NCBI GenBank assembly: GCA_964472505.1
Contig: CAYYQW010000002.1
Coordinates: 43,750-107,749 of the forward strand
Direction of reading: 5' to 3'
Source: an uncultured Bacteroidaceae bacterium
GTDB taxonomy: Bacteria > Bacteroidota > Bacteroidia > Bacteroidales > JAADGE01
DNA length: 64,000 nt
Below are positions 30,541-41,326 of this stretch, piece by piece. Below the pieces are notes generated by a model. The model saw nothing but the letters and a program-made list of their open reading frames with translations, did not search any database and had not been told where the DNA came from. A program made the translations under genes and the position numbers. Numbering within the stretch: the first letter of the stretch is position 1; the number at the start of each line of letters is the position of its first letter.

Positions 30541-32775
30541 CTAAAAAACATCAAAGCCTTTGCGTTTTTCACCGTTTCGCCAACGCTCAACACCAAGCCT
30601 GTCTCCGTTTTCATCGTAATATTTCCAACGCCCGTGTTTTTGACCGTTTTTATAAGCGCCTTCGATTTTTAAGCTGCCGGTTCTAAAATAGTATTTGGCA
30701 TCACCGTGAGCTTTTCCGTCGTCATATTCTATTTCGGATTTACGCGCTCCGTTGTCATGAAATTCGGAGTATAATTTAAGTTCATTATCGGAATCGTATT
30801 CTGCAAGAGCTTTAACTGTTTTCTTAGGCGTATCGTAAAAGAAAAAGCATTCTCCTTGCGGCTCGCCTTTATCATAGTTTACCGAATGCATAATATTACC
30901 GCTTTCGTAATAGCTTTTCCATAATCCTTGGGGTTTTCCGTCTTTTATTTGGCCTTCGGTTTTCACTTTATTGGTTCCCGCAAAATGCCGGGTATAAAAA
31001 GTATCTTTATCGGCAAATTCATCGGGAAGCTCAACCATAAACTCCATAGAATCAATATAATCGCGAAAAGAAATATCGGAAGTTTCCATTTCCATACGTT
31101 CCAGTCGGTCAATATTCACCGCATTCGGATTATGTTTTGCCTTTAAGGTGGTTTTAAAAATATCGCCTTCCGAAACCAACTGAAAACCAATGGATGAAAA
31201 ACTCAATATAAAGTCCCGATTTTCTTTTACGGCCTTTTTGTCTTCGGGTGTACTGTAAGCATATAAGTTCTCGTATATTTGGGGTGTACGAATAAAAACG
31301 GTTAAATTGGATTTTCCTTTAAATTCATTCTTGAAATCGGTAAAATCTTCCAAATTATTTAAGGTACGGCCGGTAATATAATCATCAATCACGGTCTTTA
31401 ATACATCGGGGGAATTACTTAATACGACAAAATCTTCGATATAAGTAAAATACGGTTTTTCTAAATTACGAAACAAGTCACCAAAAAATAATTTAAAGAA
31501 ATTACGCCTGTCTAAATAAAAAATATCGAAATTTTTATATTTAATATCAGAAAATTTAACGGGACTGCGGCGTTTTACTTTTTTTGTGATTTCGCCCATG
31601 CCCGCTTTTGCATTTGCTATATTGTTGGTATGAATAATGACCACCACATCTTCCAATCGGCGTTCATTGTCGGGTCTTAATTTCAGAAAAGCAATTTCAT
31701 TTCCGATCCAACTAAAAAATTGTTCTTCAATGTTTATTCCAAAATATTTCTCGATTTTATTTACATTATCTTCAATGTCTTCCATATCTTGGGCATTGCC
31801 GGCGCGGTATTGCTCGGTAAGATTCGTATAAAAATCCATATAATTATCAAAACCCATGGAAAAGTACAGGGCCGTTTGGTCGGAAGCAACGCGCCAAGCC
31901 GACATACTTCCCGGACGCACGCCGGCAAGAGCTTTCACATAGGAACCAATAGAATCTACACCGGTATAGCCATCGAAACTCAACAGCTCTTCTTGCAAGT
32001 ACATATCAAAAGCAGAGAAAGTCAACGACCGGGCAATCATTTCTGCCGACTCGGAATCTTCGGTAAGATAAGATTTCATAAAAGCCTGCAATTGATTGTA
32101 ATTAAAATAAAACCTAAAGAGTTCCTTGCCTGCAAGCTTATTACTTACCTTTACAAAGTCAATGTTTTTATCCCAATAGTTATCATTCATTCCGTCAACG
32201 GATTTCTCAATAAGGCTTCCGGTAAAGCTAACAACAAGCAGGTTATCGGTTAAAGTTAAATAGATCATTTCTCGAGGATCCTCAATGGAACGCAGCTCAA
32301 AAATGGTTTGTCCGTTATATTCTCTTTCGCGCAAGTTGAAACCCTCGGCATAGCTGAGTGTGGTATTGAGCTTTGGGCGAATCATGGCTGCAATATCTTT
32401 CATGTCGGCCACAAACAGAATGTCCCAATCAACGCCTGAGGTCATGTGAACGGAAGTCAAAAGCGAGCGCCCCGACAGTACGGCATCTGCAACTTTGTTA
32501 TTTGCCAAAAAAGCATCCAACAATTCAATATCGGAATTTATTTCGGAAAAATAGGGATTTTTAATCAGGTATTTCCAGACTTCACTATTGCTTATTTCGG
32601 TCCAGGCACCGGAGAGGTCAGAGGTTTGTACCATGAAAACGGAATTTTCGGGTACTACGGTGAGCGAATCGCGTTTGGGCGGCTTTACCCAATATTTATT
32701 GTAAGCCCACCATCCGCCTACACCTATTACAACTATAAGAATCAGAATAAATAAAAAACGAAAAAACTTTTTCAT
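30541..32775 (-). CDS. Membrane-anchored protein with C-terminal MORN/YwqK-like repeats
   Basis: An N-terminal TM helix is present. The C-terminus has repeated G-x-G-x-W-x-x-Y-type units (GKPQGLWKSYYESG, GKAHGDAKYYFRTG, GQKHGRWKYYDENG). Confidence 0.65.
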   Translation of the reverse strand: MKKFFRFLFILILIVVIGVGGWWAYNKYWVKPPKRDSLTVVPENSVFMVQTSDLSGAWTEISNSEVWKYLIKNPYFSEINSDIELLDAFLANNKVADAVLSGRSLLTSVHMTSGVDWDILFVADMKDIAAMIRPKLNTTLSYAEGFNLREREYNGQTIFELRSIEDPREMIYLTLTDNLLVVSFTGSLIEKSVDGMNDNYWDKNIDFVKVSNKLAGKELFRFYFNYNQLQAFMKSYLTEDSESAEMIARSLTFSAFDMYLQEELLSFDGYTGVDSIGSYVKALAGVRPGSMSAWRVASDQTALYFSMGFDNYMDFYTNLTEQYRAGNAQDMEDIEDNVNKIEKYFGINIEEQFFSWIGNEIAFLKLRPDNERRLEDVVVIIHTNNIANAKAGMGEITKKVKRRSPVKFSDIKYKNFDIFYLDRRNFFKLFFGDLFRNLEKPYFTYIEDFVVLSNSPDVLKTVIDDYITGRTLNNLEDFTDFKNEFKGKSNLTVFIRTPQIYENLYAYSTPEDKKAVKENRDFILSFSSIGFQLVSEGDIFKTTLKAKHNPNAVNIDRLERMEMETSDISFRDYIDSMEFMVELPDEFADKDTFYTRHFAGTNKVKTEGQIKDGKPQGLWKSYYESGNIMHSVNYDKGEPQGECFFFYDTPKKTVKALAEYDSDNELKLYSEFHDNGARKSEIEYDDGKAHGDAKYYFRTGSLKIEGAYKNGQKHGRWKYYDENGDRLGVERWRNGEKRKGFDVF

Positions 32776-33077
32776 GGGTATAATATTATGTATTTCAGAT
32801 TTACAATTTTTTTATCTCTAAAGGCTGTTCCAAAATTATAATATTTTCAGCAAAACAGCTTAAAGGAACACTTTTTTTTCAACAAAAGATTTCCGTGAAT
32901 TAAGCATTAAAAAAAACTGTTTTAAGAAAGTAAGCCCATCTTAAAAGCGTAAAAAAATAAACTGTTTTAAAAAGCTGTAATATTTATCGGTATTTTTTTT
33001 ATCTTTACCTTCCAAAAGGAAAATTAGAATTGAACAGGGACAAAAAAGAGAAATTTTAACCATCTAAAATTACTATA

Positions 33078-33461
33078 ATGAATAATCCACTAACCGGAAA
33101 AACCATTCTGATTGCAGAAGATGAAGAAATGAATTTTACCCTTTTGAATGAAATCTTCAAGAAAAAGGGAATGACAATTGTTAAGGCCGTAACCGGCACC
33201 GAAGCTGTTGATCAATTTCTCAAGCATAAAGATACCATTGATATCATATTAATGGATATTAAAATGCCGGAAAAAAACGGGTACGATGCTACACGCGAAA
33301 TAAAAGCCGTAAAAAAAGATGTACCCGTAATAGCACAAACGGCTTATGCCATGTCGGGCGAAAAGGACTTAAGCACCGAAGCGGGATGCGATGCCTACAT
33401 TACCAAACCGGTGATTATTAAGGAACTCATTGATTTAGTAATAACACTACTTAATAAATAA
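33078..33461 (+). CDS. Stand-alone response regulator receiver (CheY-like)
   Basis: The receiver is canonical: an acidic pocket (AEDEE), a phosphoacceptor context (IILMDIKMP), a conserved Thr (AQTAY) and a conserved Lys (ITKP). Confidence 0.9.
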   Translation: MNNPLTGKTILIAEDEEMNFTLLNEIFKKKGMTIVKAVTGTEAVDQFLKHKDTIDIILMDIKMPEKNGYDATREIKAVKKDVPVIAQTAYAMSGEKDLSTEAGCDAYITKPVIIKELIDLVITLLNK

Positions 33462-33478
33462 AAGCTACACATTAATAT

Positions 33479-35923
33479 ATGCCTGATAACTCATATATAA
33501 AAAAAGATTTACCGGAAGATATCAAGCAGCGCTATCTTGAGGCAGCCATGAATCTGCCCGTAAACATCGGCATATTTGCCATTGACCGAAATTATGAGTT
33601 TATCCTTTTCAATAAAACCTATAAAGAATACATCAAAGAAATATTTGGTAAAACCGTAAAAATCGGGGAAAATTACTTAGATACTTTTTCACAATACCAG
33701 GATATTGTAAAGGAAAAAGCCACTATTGACCAAGCTTTGCAAGGCGTTAAATTTGACCAAGTCGGGCATTACACCTACAATGACAGAAAATACTATTTTA
33801 AAGACACTTACAAGCCAATAAGCGACAATTCAGGTACAATTATCGGAGCAGTTATTCATTACCGAAACATTACCCTGAAAAAACGCCGAGAATTAAGCTG
33901 GAACGCCCTTCTGAACATTAGCCAAAAAGCTCATGAAACAGAAAAACTGAAAGATTTCATTGAAGACATCAGAAATGAGCTTGCAAAAATAATAGATACC
34001 GGCAATTTTTTTGTTGCACTGTACAACGAAGAAAACAAACGTTATTCATTTCCGTATTACAAAGACAAATATGACGATATAAATTTTTATGAACAATACG
34101 ATTTATCAAACAGCAGTACGGATTATGTAAGAAGAACCGGCGAACCGCTTATTTTAAATGACAAATTAGCTCAAAAGCTCGAAGAACAAAAAACAATTAA
34201 ACTTTACGGAACGCATTCTCCGTCGTGGATGGGTATTCCGCTAAAAACCGATGAAGGCGTAATTGGCGTGTTGGTGGTACAAAATTATGAAAAGCCTAAC
34301 CAATACTCCAAAGAGGATCTTGAAACACTTACCTTTATCTCAGGGCATCTTGCCGGGGCTCTGCAAAGAAAAAGATCGGAAGAAAAACTTAAAACAACGG
34401 CAAAACAATTACAACACGCGCTTGAAATTGCCAAATTAGCCGTTGTCAAAATAGAGCTAAAAGAACAAAAGGTAAGTCTTACGGAGGAAGCCTGTAAAAT
34501 GTTTGGATTAAAAACGCAGGCCAACCACCTGCCGCTTGAAGGCTTCAAAGATATTGTTTACGCCAAAGATCGCACACTGTTTAATCGGCTGATTTCAAAA
34601 GTCAAAGGCACGGGTATTATATATTCCGAGGAATTTCGTATCGTAAATCAAAAAACCAAAAAACTTATTTATCTCAATGCCAAAGCGGAGCTTAACGAGC
34701 GACAATATCCTTTGAACTTTGAAATAAACTTGCTGCTCCAGGATGTAAGCAAACAACACAAAGACAAGTTAATTTTAAAAAAAGCCAAAGAAACGGCCGA
34801 ACGCTCCGATAAACTCAAAAGTGCATTCCTGGCCAATATGTCGCATGAAATACGAACACCCATGAATGCCATACTGGGTTTTTCCGAATTCTTGACTAAA
34901 GGCGGTATTTCCGAAAGTGCTGCTAAGCTCTATGCCGAATACATTTCAAAAAGTGCGGAAGATCTGCTCCGACTTTTAAACGATATTCTGGATACAGCCA
35001 AAATAGAAGCCGGTGAGCTCAAAATAAAAACCGAAAGTTTTGACCTGCATCAACTGCTCAGCGAAATAAAAATGACTTTTGAAAACGAGCAGAGAAACAT
35101 GAAAAAACAACACATACGTTTCAAGCTTAAAAATGCAGTTGAATCCGATAAATTATTCATAAAAGCAGACCGAGTAAGGCTTAAACAGGTTTTCACAAAT
35201 CTTTTGAATAATGCCTTTAAATTCATCAACGAAGGACACATTCATTTCGGATATCGAATAAAAGCGGCGGACACTATAGAATGTTTCGTGGAAGACACCG
35301 GGCCGGGTATTCCGGAGAACAAAAAAGATCTGGTATTCAGCCGGTTTGGACAAATTACCGATGATAAAATAATGCATCCCGGCGGCACCGGTTTAGGGCT
35401 TTCAATCACCAAAAATCTAATTGAGAATATGGGCGGCAGCATTGATTTTGAATCCAAACCCGAAGCGGGCACAAAATTCACTTTTGAACTGCCGTTTGAA
35501 AAATCCGATTTGAACGAGTCCGATGAGCACTCAACCATCCTGCCCGAGCGCATAAAAGATAAAAAATTTCTGATTATTGAAAATAATAAATTAAACATTA
35601 AATTGGTCAAAGGGCTTTTAAAAGGATTACCCCACAAAAATGAATATCTGTTCTCCGAAAATGAAAAAAATATTGTTGAACAAGTTAATTATTACAAACC
35701 GGATTCAGTTATTATCAATACCCAATTCCCCAATGCCCATAATATTGTGAAACAAATAAGAGAAGCCAAGCCAAGCAATAAAGATATTGCAATAATCGGG
35801 CTGAGTAATTTTGCCGATGAAAAAGATTTGGAAAACGCCAATAAAGCCGGCATTGATGATCTGATCTCGAAACCCTATAACTTTGAAAATTTTTTCGGCA
35901 TTATATACAAATACATACATTAA
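33479..35923 (+). CDS. PAS/GAF sensor histidine kinase with a degenerate C-terminal receiver
   Basis: The kinase has an H-box (SHEIRTPMNAILGF), N-box (NLLNNAFKF), G1 (EDTGPGI) and G2 (GGTGLGLSI). The C-terminal REC-like domain has ENN in place of the acidic pair, and N in place of the phosphoacceptor Asp (VIINTQFP). Confidence 0.9.
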   Translation: MPDNSYIKKDLPEDIKQRYLEAAMNLPVNIGIFAIDRNYEFILFNKTYKEYIKEIFGKTVKIGENYLDTFSQYQDIVKEKATIDQALQGVKFDQVGHYTYNDRKYYFKDTYKPISDNSGTIIGAVIHYRNITLKKRRELSWNALLNISQKAHETEKLKDFIEDIRNELAKIIDTGNFFVALYNEENKRYSFPYYKDKYDDINFYEQYDLSNSSTDYVRRTGEPLILNDKLAQKLEEQKTIKLYGTHSPSWMGIPLKTDEGVIGVLVVQNYEKPNQYSKEDLETLTFISGHLAGALQRKRSEEKLKTTAKQLQHALEIAKLAVVKIELKEQKVSLTEEACKMFGLKTQANHLPLEGFKDIVYAKDRTLFNRLISKVKGTGIIYSEEFRIVNQKTKKLIYLNAKAELNERQYPLNFEINLLLQDVSKQHKDKLILKKAKETAERSDKLKSAFLANMSHEIRTPMNAILGFSEFLTKGGISESAAKLYAEYISKSAEDLLRLLNDILDTAKIEAGELKIKTESFDLHQLLSEIKMTFENEQRNMKKQHIRFKLKNAVESDKLFIKADRVRLKQVFTNLLNNAFKFINEGHIHFGYRIKAADTIECFVEDTGPGIPENKKDLVFSRFGQITDDKIMHPGGTGLGLSITKNLIENMGGSIDFESKPEAGTKFTFELPFEKSDLNESDEHSTILPERIKDKKFLIIENNKLNIKLVKGLLKGLPHKNEYLFSENEKNIVEQVNYYKPDSVIINTQFPNAHNIVKQIREAKPSNKDIAIIGLSNFADEKDLENANKAGIDDLISKPYNFENFFGIIYKYIH

Positions 35924-35980
35924 AAGTAAATATAAGCCCGGAATAATACATTAAATTTCTAACTAACTAAATTATTTTAC

Positions 35981-36322
35981 ATGACATTTGAACATATAGA
36001 CTTAAGCATGTTAGAAGCGCTTTATAAAGACAACCCAAAGCGTTTGAAAGAAATAACAAAAAAGTATGCCGATACAATCAGTGAGCTTATCGGAAAACTG
36101 GAACAAGCCGCAAAAGAAAAAGAAAAAAGTGCACAAAAAAATTCTGCTCACAGCCTAAAAACAGCTTTCAAATACTTGGGTATGGAGGAACTCTCGGAAA
36201 CTTCTCGACAGATTGAAGCATTAGCCGAAAAAGACGATGAAACAATTGAAAAGCATGTAAGCAAAATTACCGAAAAATGGCAGCAGGCAAAAACAGAAGT
36301 TGACAAGTTTGTAAACGCATAA
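35981..36322 (+). CDS. Hpt (histidine phosphotransfer) domain protein
   Basis: The protein is 113 aa and helical, with the Hpt motif AHSLKTAFKYLG. Confidence 0.7.
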   Translation: MTFEHIDLSMLEALYKDNPKRLKEITKKYADTISELIGKLEQAAKEKEKSAQKNSAHSLKTAFKYLGMEELSETSRQIEALAEKDDETIEKHVSKITEKWQQAKTEVDKFVNA

Positions 36323-36387
36323 ATCTCCAAAACTCATCCAAAGCAATTAGGCTAAAAATTGTAAAGCTTTACGCTAACTATTTTTTT

Positions 36388-39312
36388 ATGACAGAAAACA
36401 GCTTTTTGGCGGAATGTGCCAAAAAAATACAAATAAAATATAAAAACCGGCTCGACAAAATTTGTATCGTAAGTCCAAACGAGCGCACAAAAATTTATTT
36501 AAACGCTGCTCTGGCAAGCCAAAATAAAGGCCCGCAGTGGGCTCTGAAAGCTTACGGGCTTCGGCAACTGGCTGAAGAAATAACCGGCTTGCGCTCAGAA
36601 AATAAAATCAAACTGATTTTTACACTTTACGATATTTTTAAAAAACATTTTAAGGAACATGCTGATTTTAAGTATGATTTGGACTTATTTTATTCACTGG
36701 GCGAAGTTATTTTAAACGATTTTAATGAAATTGACAATTGGCTGGCCGAACCGGAGCAAATTTTCCGAAATATTAAAAATGTAAAAGAAATAGAATCGCT
36801 CTACGACCACCTGAATGATGCGCAAAAAGAAACCTTACAAAAATTTCGTTTGGTTTTCTCCGATAAGCAACCCAGTAAAGAAAAAGAAAAACTCTTGCAA
36901 ATTTGGAACATCATGCCCAAGCTATACAAGGCTTTCAGAGAAAAACTACTGAAAGAAAAAAAAGTGTACGGCGGGCTGTGTATGCGTGAAATGAGCCGGA
37001 TGCTGAAAAACGATACGGCCGTTCTTCCTAAATTCGAAACATTTATTTTCATAGGCTTCAATGCGCTCACCAAAGCTGAAATGAGCCTTCCGAAATACCT
37101 GATGCAAGGAGGAAAAGTCGAATATTTTCAAGACAGCGATGCCTACTATCAGTTTGACGAAAAACAAGAAGCCGGCCTTTTTATACGAAAAAACAGTGAA
37201 GAACTAAAGCTTGATGCTTCAAATGTCAAAAAACTGATACCGTCCGAAAAAAAAGAAAGCAATCGAAAAATAGATATTTACGGTGCTCCCGGCAATATTG
37301 CACAAGCTAAAATTGTCTCAAAAATACTACAAGACACAAAAAATATCGGCAGCGAAACTGCCGTAGTATTGGCCGACGAAAGTTTGATGATGCCGGCACT
37401 GCATGCGCTGCCGAGCAATATATCGGAAATAAACATAGGCATGGGAATAAGCATGCCCGAAACCAAAACATACGGCTTGGCCGAACGTTTTATGAAAATC
37501 CATAAAACCGATGACCAAAAACCGGGTATTAAAACTTATTCGCACAAAGATATCACGGCCATATTAAAACATCCGGCAGTACGCAGGCAAGCTCCGGATG
37601 ATGCCGAAGAACTTCTGAATGAAATTGCAGAAAACAATATTGTTGCCGTGCCCGCAAAACACCTGATAGAAAACCGTCCGGAAATATTCAAGCTGCTCTT
37701 TACGGCTATTCCCGAAGAAGATGCCGGGCATATTTTATTGAATCGGCTTTTGGCAATACTGTTTCTAATTTTTGAACGTGAAAATCCTGAAGAGCTCACA
37801 GCCAAAGAAAGTCTCGAAAATGAAGCTGTTTTTGCCGCCTACAAAAAAATCAACACACTTTCGGATTTACTGAAAGAGCGTCCGGAAAATCTCAAAATAA
37901 GCTTCACGGCTCAATTGCTCAACAAAATTCTGCGCGAAATAAGCATTCCCTTTAAAGGAAAAAAAGCAACAGGCCTGCAAATGTTGGGTGTGCTGGAAAC
38001 TCGCAATTTGGATTTTAAAAACCTCATTATTTTGGGAATGAACGAAGGCAATTTTCCGCAGATACAACATGCTCCGAGTTTTCTGACCCAAAGTATTCGC
38101 TTCGCTTTCGGGCTGCCTATGGTGCAATACCAAGATGCCGTTTATGCTTATCTGTTTTACCGTTTGCTGCAACGCAGCCAAAATATTGCTTTGGTATATA
38201 ATAATCTTGCAAGTAACGAAATTGGCGAAAAAAGCCGCTTTATAAAACAGCTTGAATACGAATCCGGTTTCAATATTAAAGAACATCAATACTATCAAAA
38301 AATTGAGCTAAGAAAAACAGCGAAAATAGATATTAAAAAAGATACCGATGTTTTGGGAAAAATAGACATTTTCAACTTTAAAGAAACGAAAGGAAAGCGC
38401 ATGCTGTCGGCTTCGGCAATTAACAGCTATATAAACTGTCCTTTGCAATTTTACTTTAAATACATAGCCGGCTTGCGCGAAAAAGAAGCGGCCGACGATG
38501 AAATCTCCCCGGCACTTTTTGGCGAAATACTGCATAAAGCAGCGGAAATTATGTATGAAAAAATCAGCAAAAAACAAAGCAACGGCCTTATTAAGACCGA
38601 TGCACTAAAAGCCGAAAAACAAAATGCGGCAAACTATGTTTCGGAAGCTTTTGAACAGGTTTTTGCCGATAATAAACATCAAAAAGCATTGTTGGAAGGC
38701 AAAGGACAAATTGTAAGCGAAGTTCTCAGGCAATATCTGCTTTTAATTATTCGTACCGATATGCAATACGCTCCGTTTAAAATTTATTCGCTTGAAAAAG
38801 CAAAAAACTACACAGCTGCTCTGAACCTAAGCACCCCGAAGGGAACTAAGAAAGTGGTATTCGGCGGAATTATTGACCGCGTAGATATAAAAAATGATAG
38901 TTATCGGATAATTGATTACAAAACCGGCACAGTAGATAAAAAATTTGCCAATTTCGAAGACCTGTTCACATCCGAAAATAATTACAAATACAAAAGCATT
39001 ATACAAATGCATCTGTACGGTTGGATGTTTAAAAGTAAAACAGGGAAAAGCAATATACAGCCCGGCATATATGACTTAAAACAAATGAACAGCCCGGCAT
39101 TTGCACCTGAAATCAGTCAAAAATCAGAAAAGCGAGGCAAAAGAGACTTCATAGCTGACTCCGATTTTTTTACGGAGAGCATGGACACATTTTTGGAAAA
39201 ACTCAAAGAACTGCTTGTTGAGCTGTTTAATCCCGATATTCCTTTTAGCCAAACCACACATGAAGAGAATTGCAGTTTTTGCCCTTACAAAACCATCTGC
39301 GGAAGAAAATAA
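36388..39312 (+). CDS. AddB-like PD-(D/E)XK nuclease family protein
   Basis: The C-terminal RecB-type nuclease motif is GIIDRVD...RIIDYKTG. A four-Cys arrangement (CPLQ ... CSFCPYKTIC) resembles the AddB Fe-S staple. Confidence 0.7.
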   Translation: MTENSFLAECAKKIQIKYKNRLDKICIVSPNERTKIYLNAALASQNKGPQWALKAYGLRQLAEEITGLRSENKIKLIFTLYDIFKKHFKEHADFKYDLDLFYSLGEVILNDFNEIDNWLAEPEQIFRNIKNVKEIESLYDHLNDAQKETLQKFRLVFSDKQPSKEKEKLLQIWNIMPKLYKAFREKLLKEKKVYGGLCMREMSRMLKNDTAVLPKFETFIFIGFNALTKAEMSLPKYLMQGGKVEYFQDSDAYYQFDEKQEAGLFIRKNSEELKLDASNVKKLIPSEKKESNRKIDIYGAPGNIAQAKIVSKILQDTKNIGSETAVVLADESLMMPALHALPSNISEINIGMGISMPETKTYGLAERFMKIHKTDDQKPGIKTYSHKDITAILKHPAVRRQAPDDAEELLNEIAENNIVAVPAKHLIENRPEIFKLLFTAIPEEDAGHILLNRLLAILFLIFERENPEELTAKESLENEAVFAAYKKINTLSDLLKERPENLKISFTAQLLNKILREISIPFKGKKATGLQMLGVLETRNLDFKNLIILGMNEGNFPQIQHAPSFLTQSIRFAFGLPMVQYQDAVYAYLFYRLLQRSQNIALVYNNLASNEIGEKSRFIKQLEYESGFNIKEHQYYQKIELRKTAKIDIKKDTDVLGKIDIFNFKETKGKRMLSASAINSYINCPLQFYFKYIAGLREKEAADDEISPALFGEILHKAAEIMYEKISKKQSNGLIKTDALKAEKQNAANYVSEAFEQVFADNKHQKALLEGKGQIVSEVLRQYLLLIIRTDMQYAPFKIYSLEKAKNYTAALNLSTPKGTKKVVFGGIIDRVDIKNDSYRIIDYKTGTVDKKFANFEDLFTSENNYKYKSIIQMHLYGWMFKSKTGKSNIQPGIYDLKQMNSPAFAPEISQKSEKRGKRDFIADSDFFTESMDTFLEKLKELLVELFNPDIPFSQTTHEENCSFCPYKTICGRK

Positions 39313-39483
39313 CTTTTTTTAAAAAAAATTATTTACTCAAAAGTATTTAATCTGACTCTTGCAAATATTTAATATGCAGAATTTTATATCCGGAAATCCG
39401 TCAAAAACCAAAGCATACTTTCAAAATAAACGACTTTTTTTGAAAAAAAGCTTCAATTATTTTGGTGATAATAAAAATGGTTT

Positions 39484-39491
39484 TACTTTTG
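39484..39491 (+). promoter_or_regulatory. Putative -7 promoter box (TACTTTTG) for tRNA-Lys
   Basis: The sequence matches TAnnTTTG and ends 19 nt upstream of the tRNA 5' end. Confidence 0.4.
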
Positions 39492-39510
39492 CACCGCCTT
39501 TGAAGGAAAT

Positions 39511-39583
39511 GACTCGCTAGCTCAGTCGGTAGAGCAACGGCCTTTTAAGCCGTGGGTCCTGCGTTCGAATCGCAGGCGGGTCA
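39511..39583 (+). tRNA. tRNA-Lys (anticodon UUU)
   Basis: A cloverleaf can be read directly. The acceptor stem GACTCGC/GCGGGTC includes one G-U pair. The D-loop is AGCTCAGTCGGTAGAGC, the anticodon loop is CTTTTAA and the T-arm is GGTTCGAATC-like (GCGTTCGAATCGC). The gene is 73 nt with no encoded CCA. Confidence 0.9.
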
Positions 39584-39586
39584 CTC

Positions 39587-39622
39587 AAAAAAGCCGAAAA
39601 CAATTTGTTTGCGGCTTTTTTT
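39587..39622 (+). terminator. Intrinsic terminator after tRNA-Lys
   Basis: The hairpin GCCGAAAACA-ATT-TGTTTGCGGC has 9 of 10 positions paired. It is followed by T7. Confidence 0.7.
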
Positions 39623-39694
39623 GTTTTGTATCCCGAAAATTTCTCTTCGTACACAGTAAGCTCTCAATCAGGTATTTAATGATTCCTAAAGCAA

Positions 39695-40267
39695 TTATTT
39701 TGCAATAATTTTATAAGTTACCTCAGCCACATCGCCTACGGTACTGCCTCCGTCAACTCCGTACTTTGTACGATCAATTTCAGCGGTACCGATAAATTCA
39801 AGAGTTTTTCCGGAAGCTTCAAAACGAATCGGGACTTTTTCTTTCAAAGAAACTCCGCGCATGCTAAGCGTTCCGGCTACTACATACAAATTATCTTTTA
39901 TGCGTGTTAGTTTATCGCCTTTGAATTCTATTTTAGGGTACTTCTCCACATAAAAGAAATCGGAAGTGCGTATGTGTTCATCACGTTTTTTAACTCCGGT
40001 ATCAATGGTTTTGACTTCTAAACTCAAGTACACAAAACCTTCTTGGTTGATTTTGTCAAAATCTATGGTTCCGCTTATTCCGCCCATGGTTCCGTCCACA
40101 CTGAATAAACCCATATTGGAAATCTTAAATTTAAAGGAAGAAGCATCACCGTCAATTTGATAACGACCTTCCGTGCCAAACAGTTCTCCTTCGCCTTCCT
40201 GAGCAGAAGTAAAGGTTATTAAGAAAGTCATTAAAAAACTCATTAAAATAAATGAATATTTATACAT
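39695..40267 (-). CDS. YceI family (polyisoprenoid-binding) protein
   Basis: The protein has a signal peptide, and its length and motifs (FKISNMGLFSVDGTMGG, RDEHIRTSDFF) are typical of YceI-like domains. Confidence 0.8.
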   Translation of the reverse strand: MYKYSFILMSFLMTFLITFTSAQEGEGELFGTEGRYQIDGDASSFKFKISNMGLFSVDGTMGGISGTIDFDKINQEGFVYLSLEVKTIDTGVKKRDEHIRTSDFFYVEKYPKIEFKGDKLTRIKDNLYVVAGTLSMRGVSLKEKVPIRFEASGKTLEFIGTAEIDRTKYGVDGGSTVGDVAEVTYKIIAK

Positions 40268-40492
40268 AATTATAAATTTTAGGTATTGAATCTTTGTTGC
40301 CCTGTAACTAATTACGCCAAGTTTTCATTTCAAACAACAATTATTGACTCAATGGTTCATAAATAAAATTAACCGGGCGGATTAAAAACCCTTGCAATAT
40401 AAACGATTTTCAAAGTAAACAAATAATCGTTTATCAAAAATCCCGACATTTCTTTTCATAATCAAAGCCGGTATGATTACAAAAACAGAACT

Positions 40493-41251
40493 TTAAAACC
40501 CAAATATCGAGAAACCGCCGTCCACGGCAAGCGTTTGTCCGGTAATGTAGCTTGCCTGCGGTGAGCAAAAGAACAAAACTGCAGAAGCTACTTCGCCGGG
40601 CTCTCCCACTCTTTTCATGGGCGTTCTGTCCAAAACTTCTTTTTTGTATGCATCATCTTTTAAAACCTGCTTAGCCAGCGGAGTAGCAATGTACCACGGT
40701 GCTATGGCATTCACACGAATACCGTCTTCGGCCCACTCGGCGGCCAGGTTTTTGGTCAGCTGATTCATGGCAGCTTTTGTCATGGCATACAATGCGCCGG
40801 TGCGTATGTGTGTAAGTCCGGCTACCGAGCTCATAAACACCACATTTCCTTGCTTTGATTTTTTGATGAGCGGGTATAATTTACGCGTCAATTCATAAGC
40901 CGAGCGCAAATTGGTATTAATGAGTTTTTCAAACTCACCGTCTTCCACGTCTTTAGCAGCTTTTCTGATATTGGAGCCGGCATTGTTCACCAATACATCC
41001 AATTGTTTGTAGTTGGATTCGGTTTCCAAAACCACCTTTTCAATACCTTCAGCTGTGCTCAAATCAGCGGCTATTACGCGGGTTTTTCCGCCAAGCTCAT
41101 CGGCCGATTTTTTGAGCTGCACCAAGTCGCGAGCCACCATAATCACTTCAGCTCCGCGTATGATGAATTCATTGGCCGCCGCATAGCCTATTCCCTTGCT
41201 TGCGCCCGTTATTAGTACGGTTTTTTCGATAAAATCTTTGTTGTTTTGCAT
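40493..41251 (-). CDS. Short-chain dehydrogenase/reductase (SDR)
   Basis: The protein has the motifs TGASKGIG and NNAG, and the catalytic YAMTK (YxxxK). Confidence 0.9.
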   Translation of the reverse strand: MQNNKDFIEKTVLITGASKGIGYAAANEFIIRGAEVIMVARDLVQLKKSADELGGKTRVIAADLSTAEGIEKVVLETESNYKQLDVLVNNAGSNIRKAAKDVEDGEFEKLINTNLRSAYELTRKLYPLIKKSKQGNVVFMSSVAGLTHIRTGALYAMTKAAMNQLTKNLAAEWAEDGIRVNAIAPWYIATPLAKQVLKDDAYKKEVLDRTPMKRVGEPGEVASAVLFFCSPQASYITGQTLAVDGGFSIFGF

Positions 41252-41326
41252 CCTGTTTTTTTTGTTTCCGGTTGGCTAAAGATATAAAATTTTTCTTAGA
41301 GTCCATTTTCAAAAATCCACGTTCAT

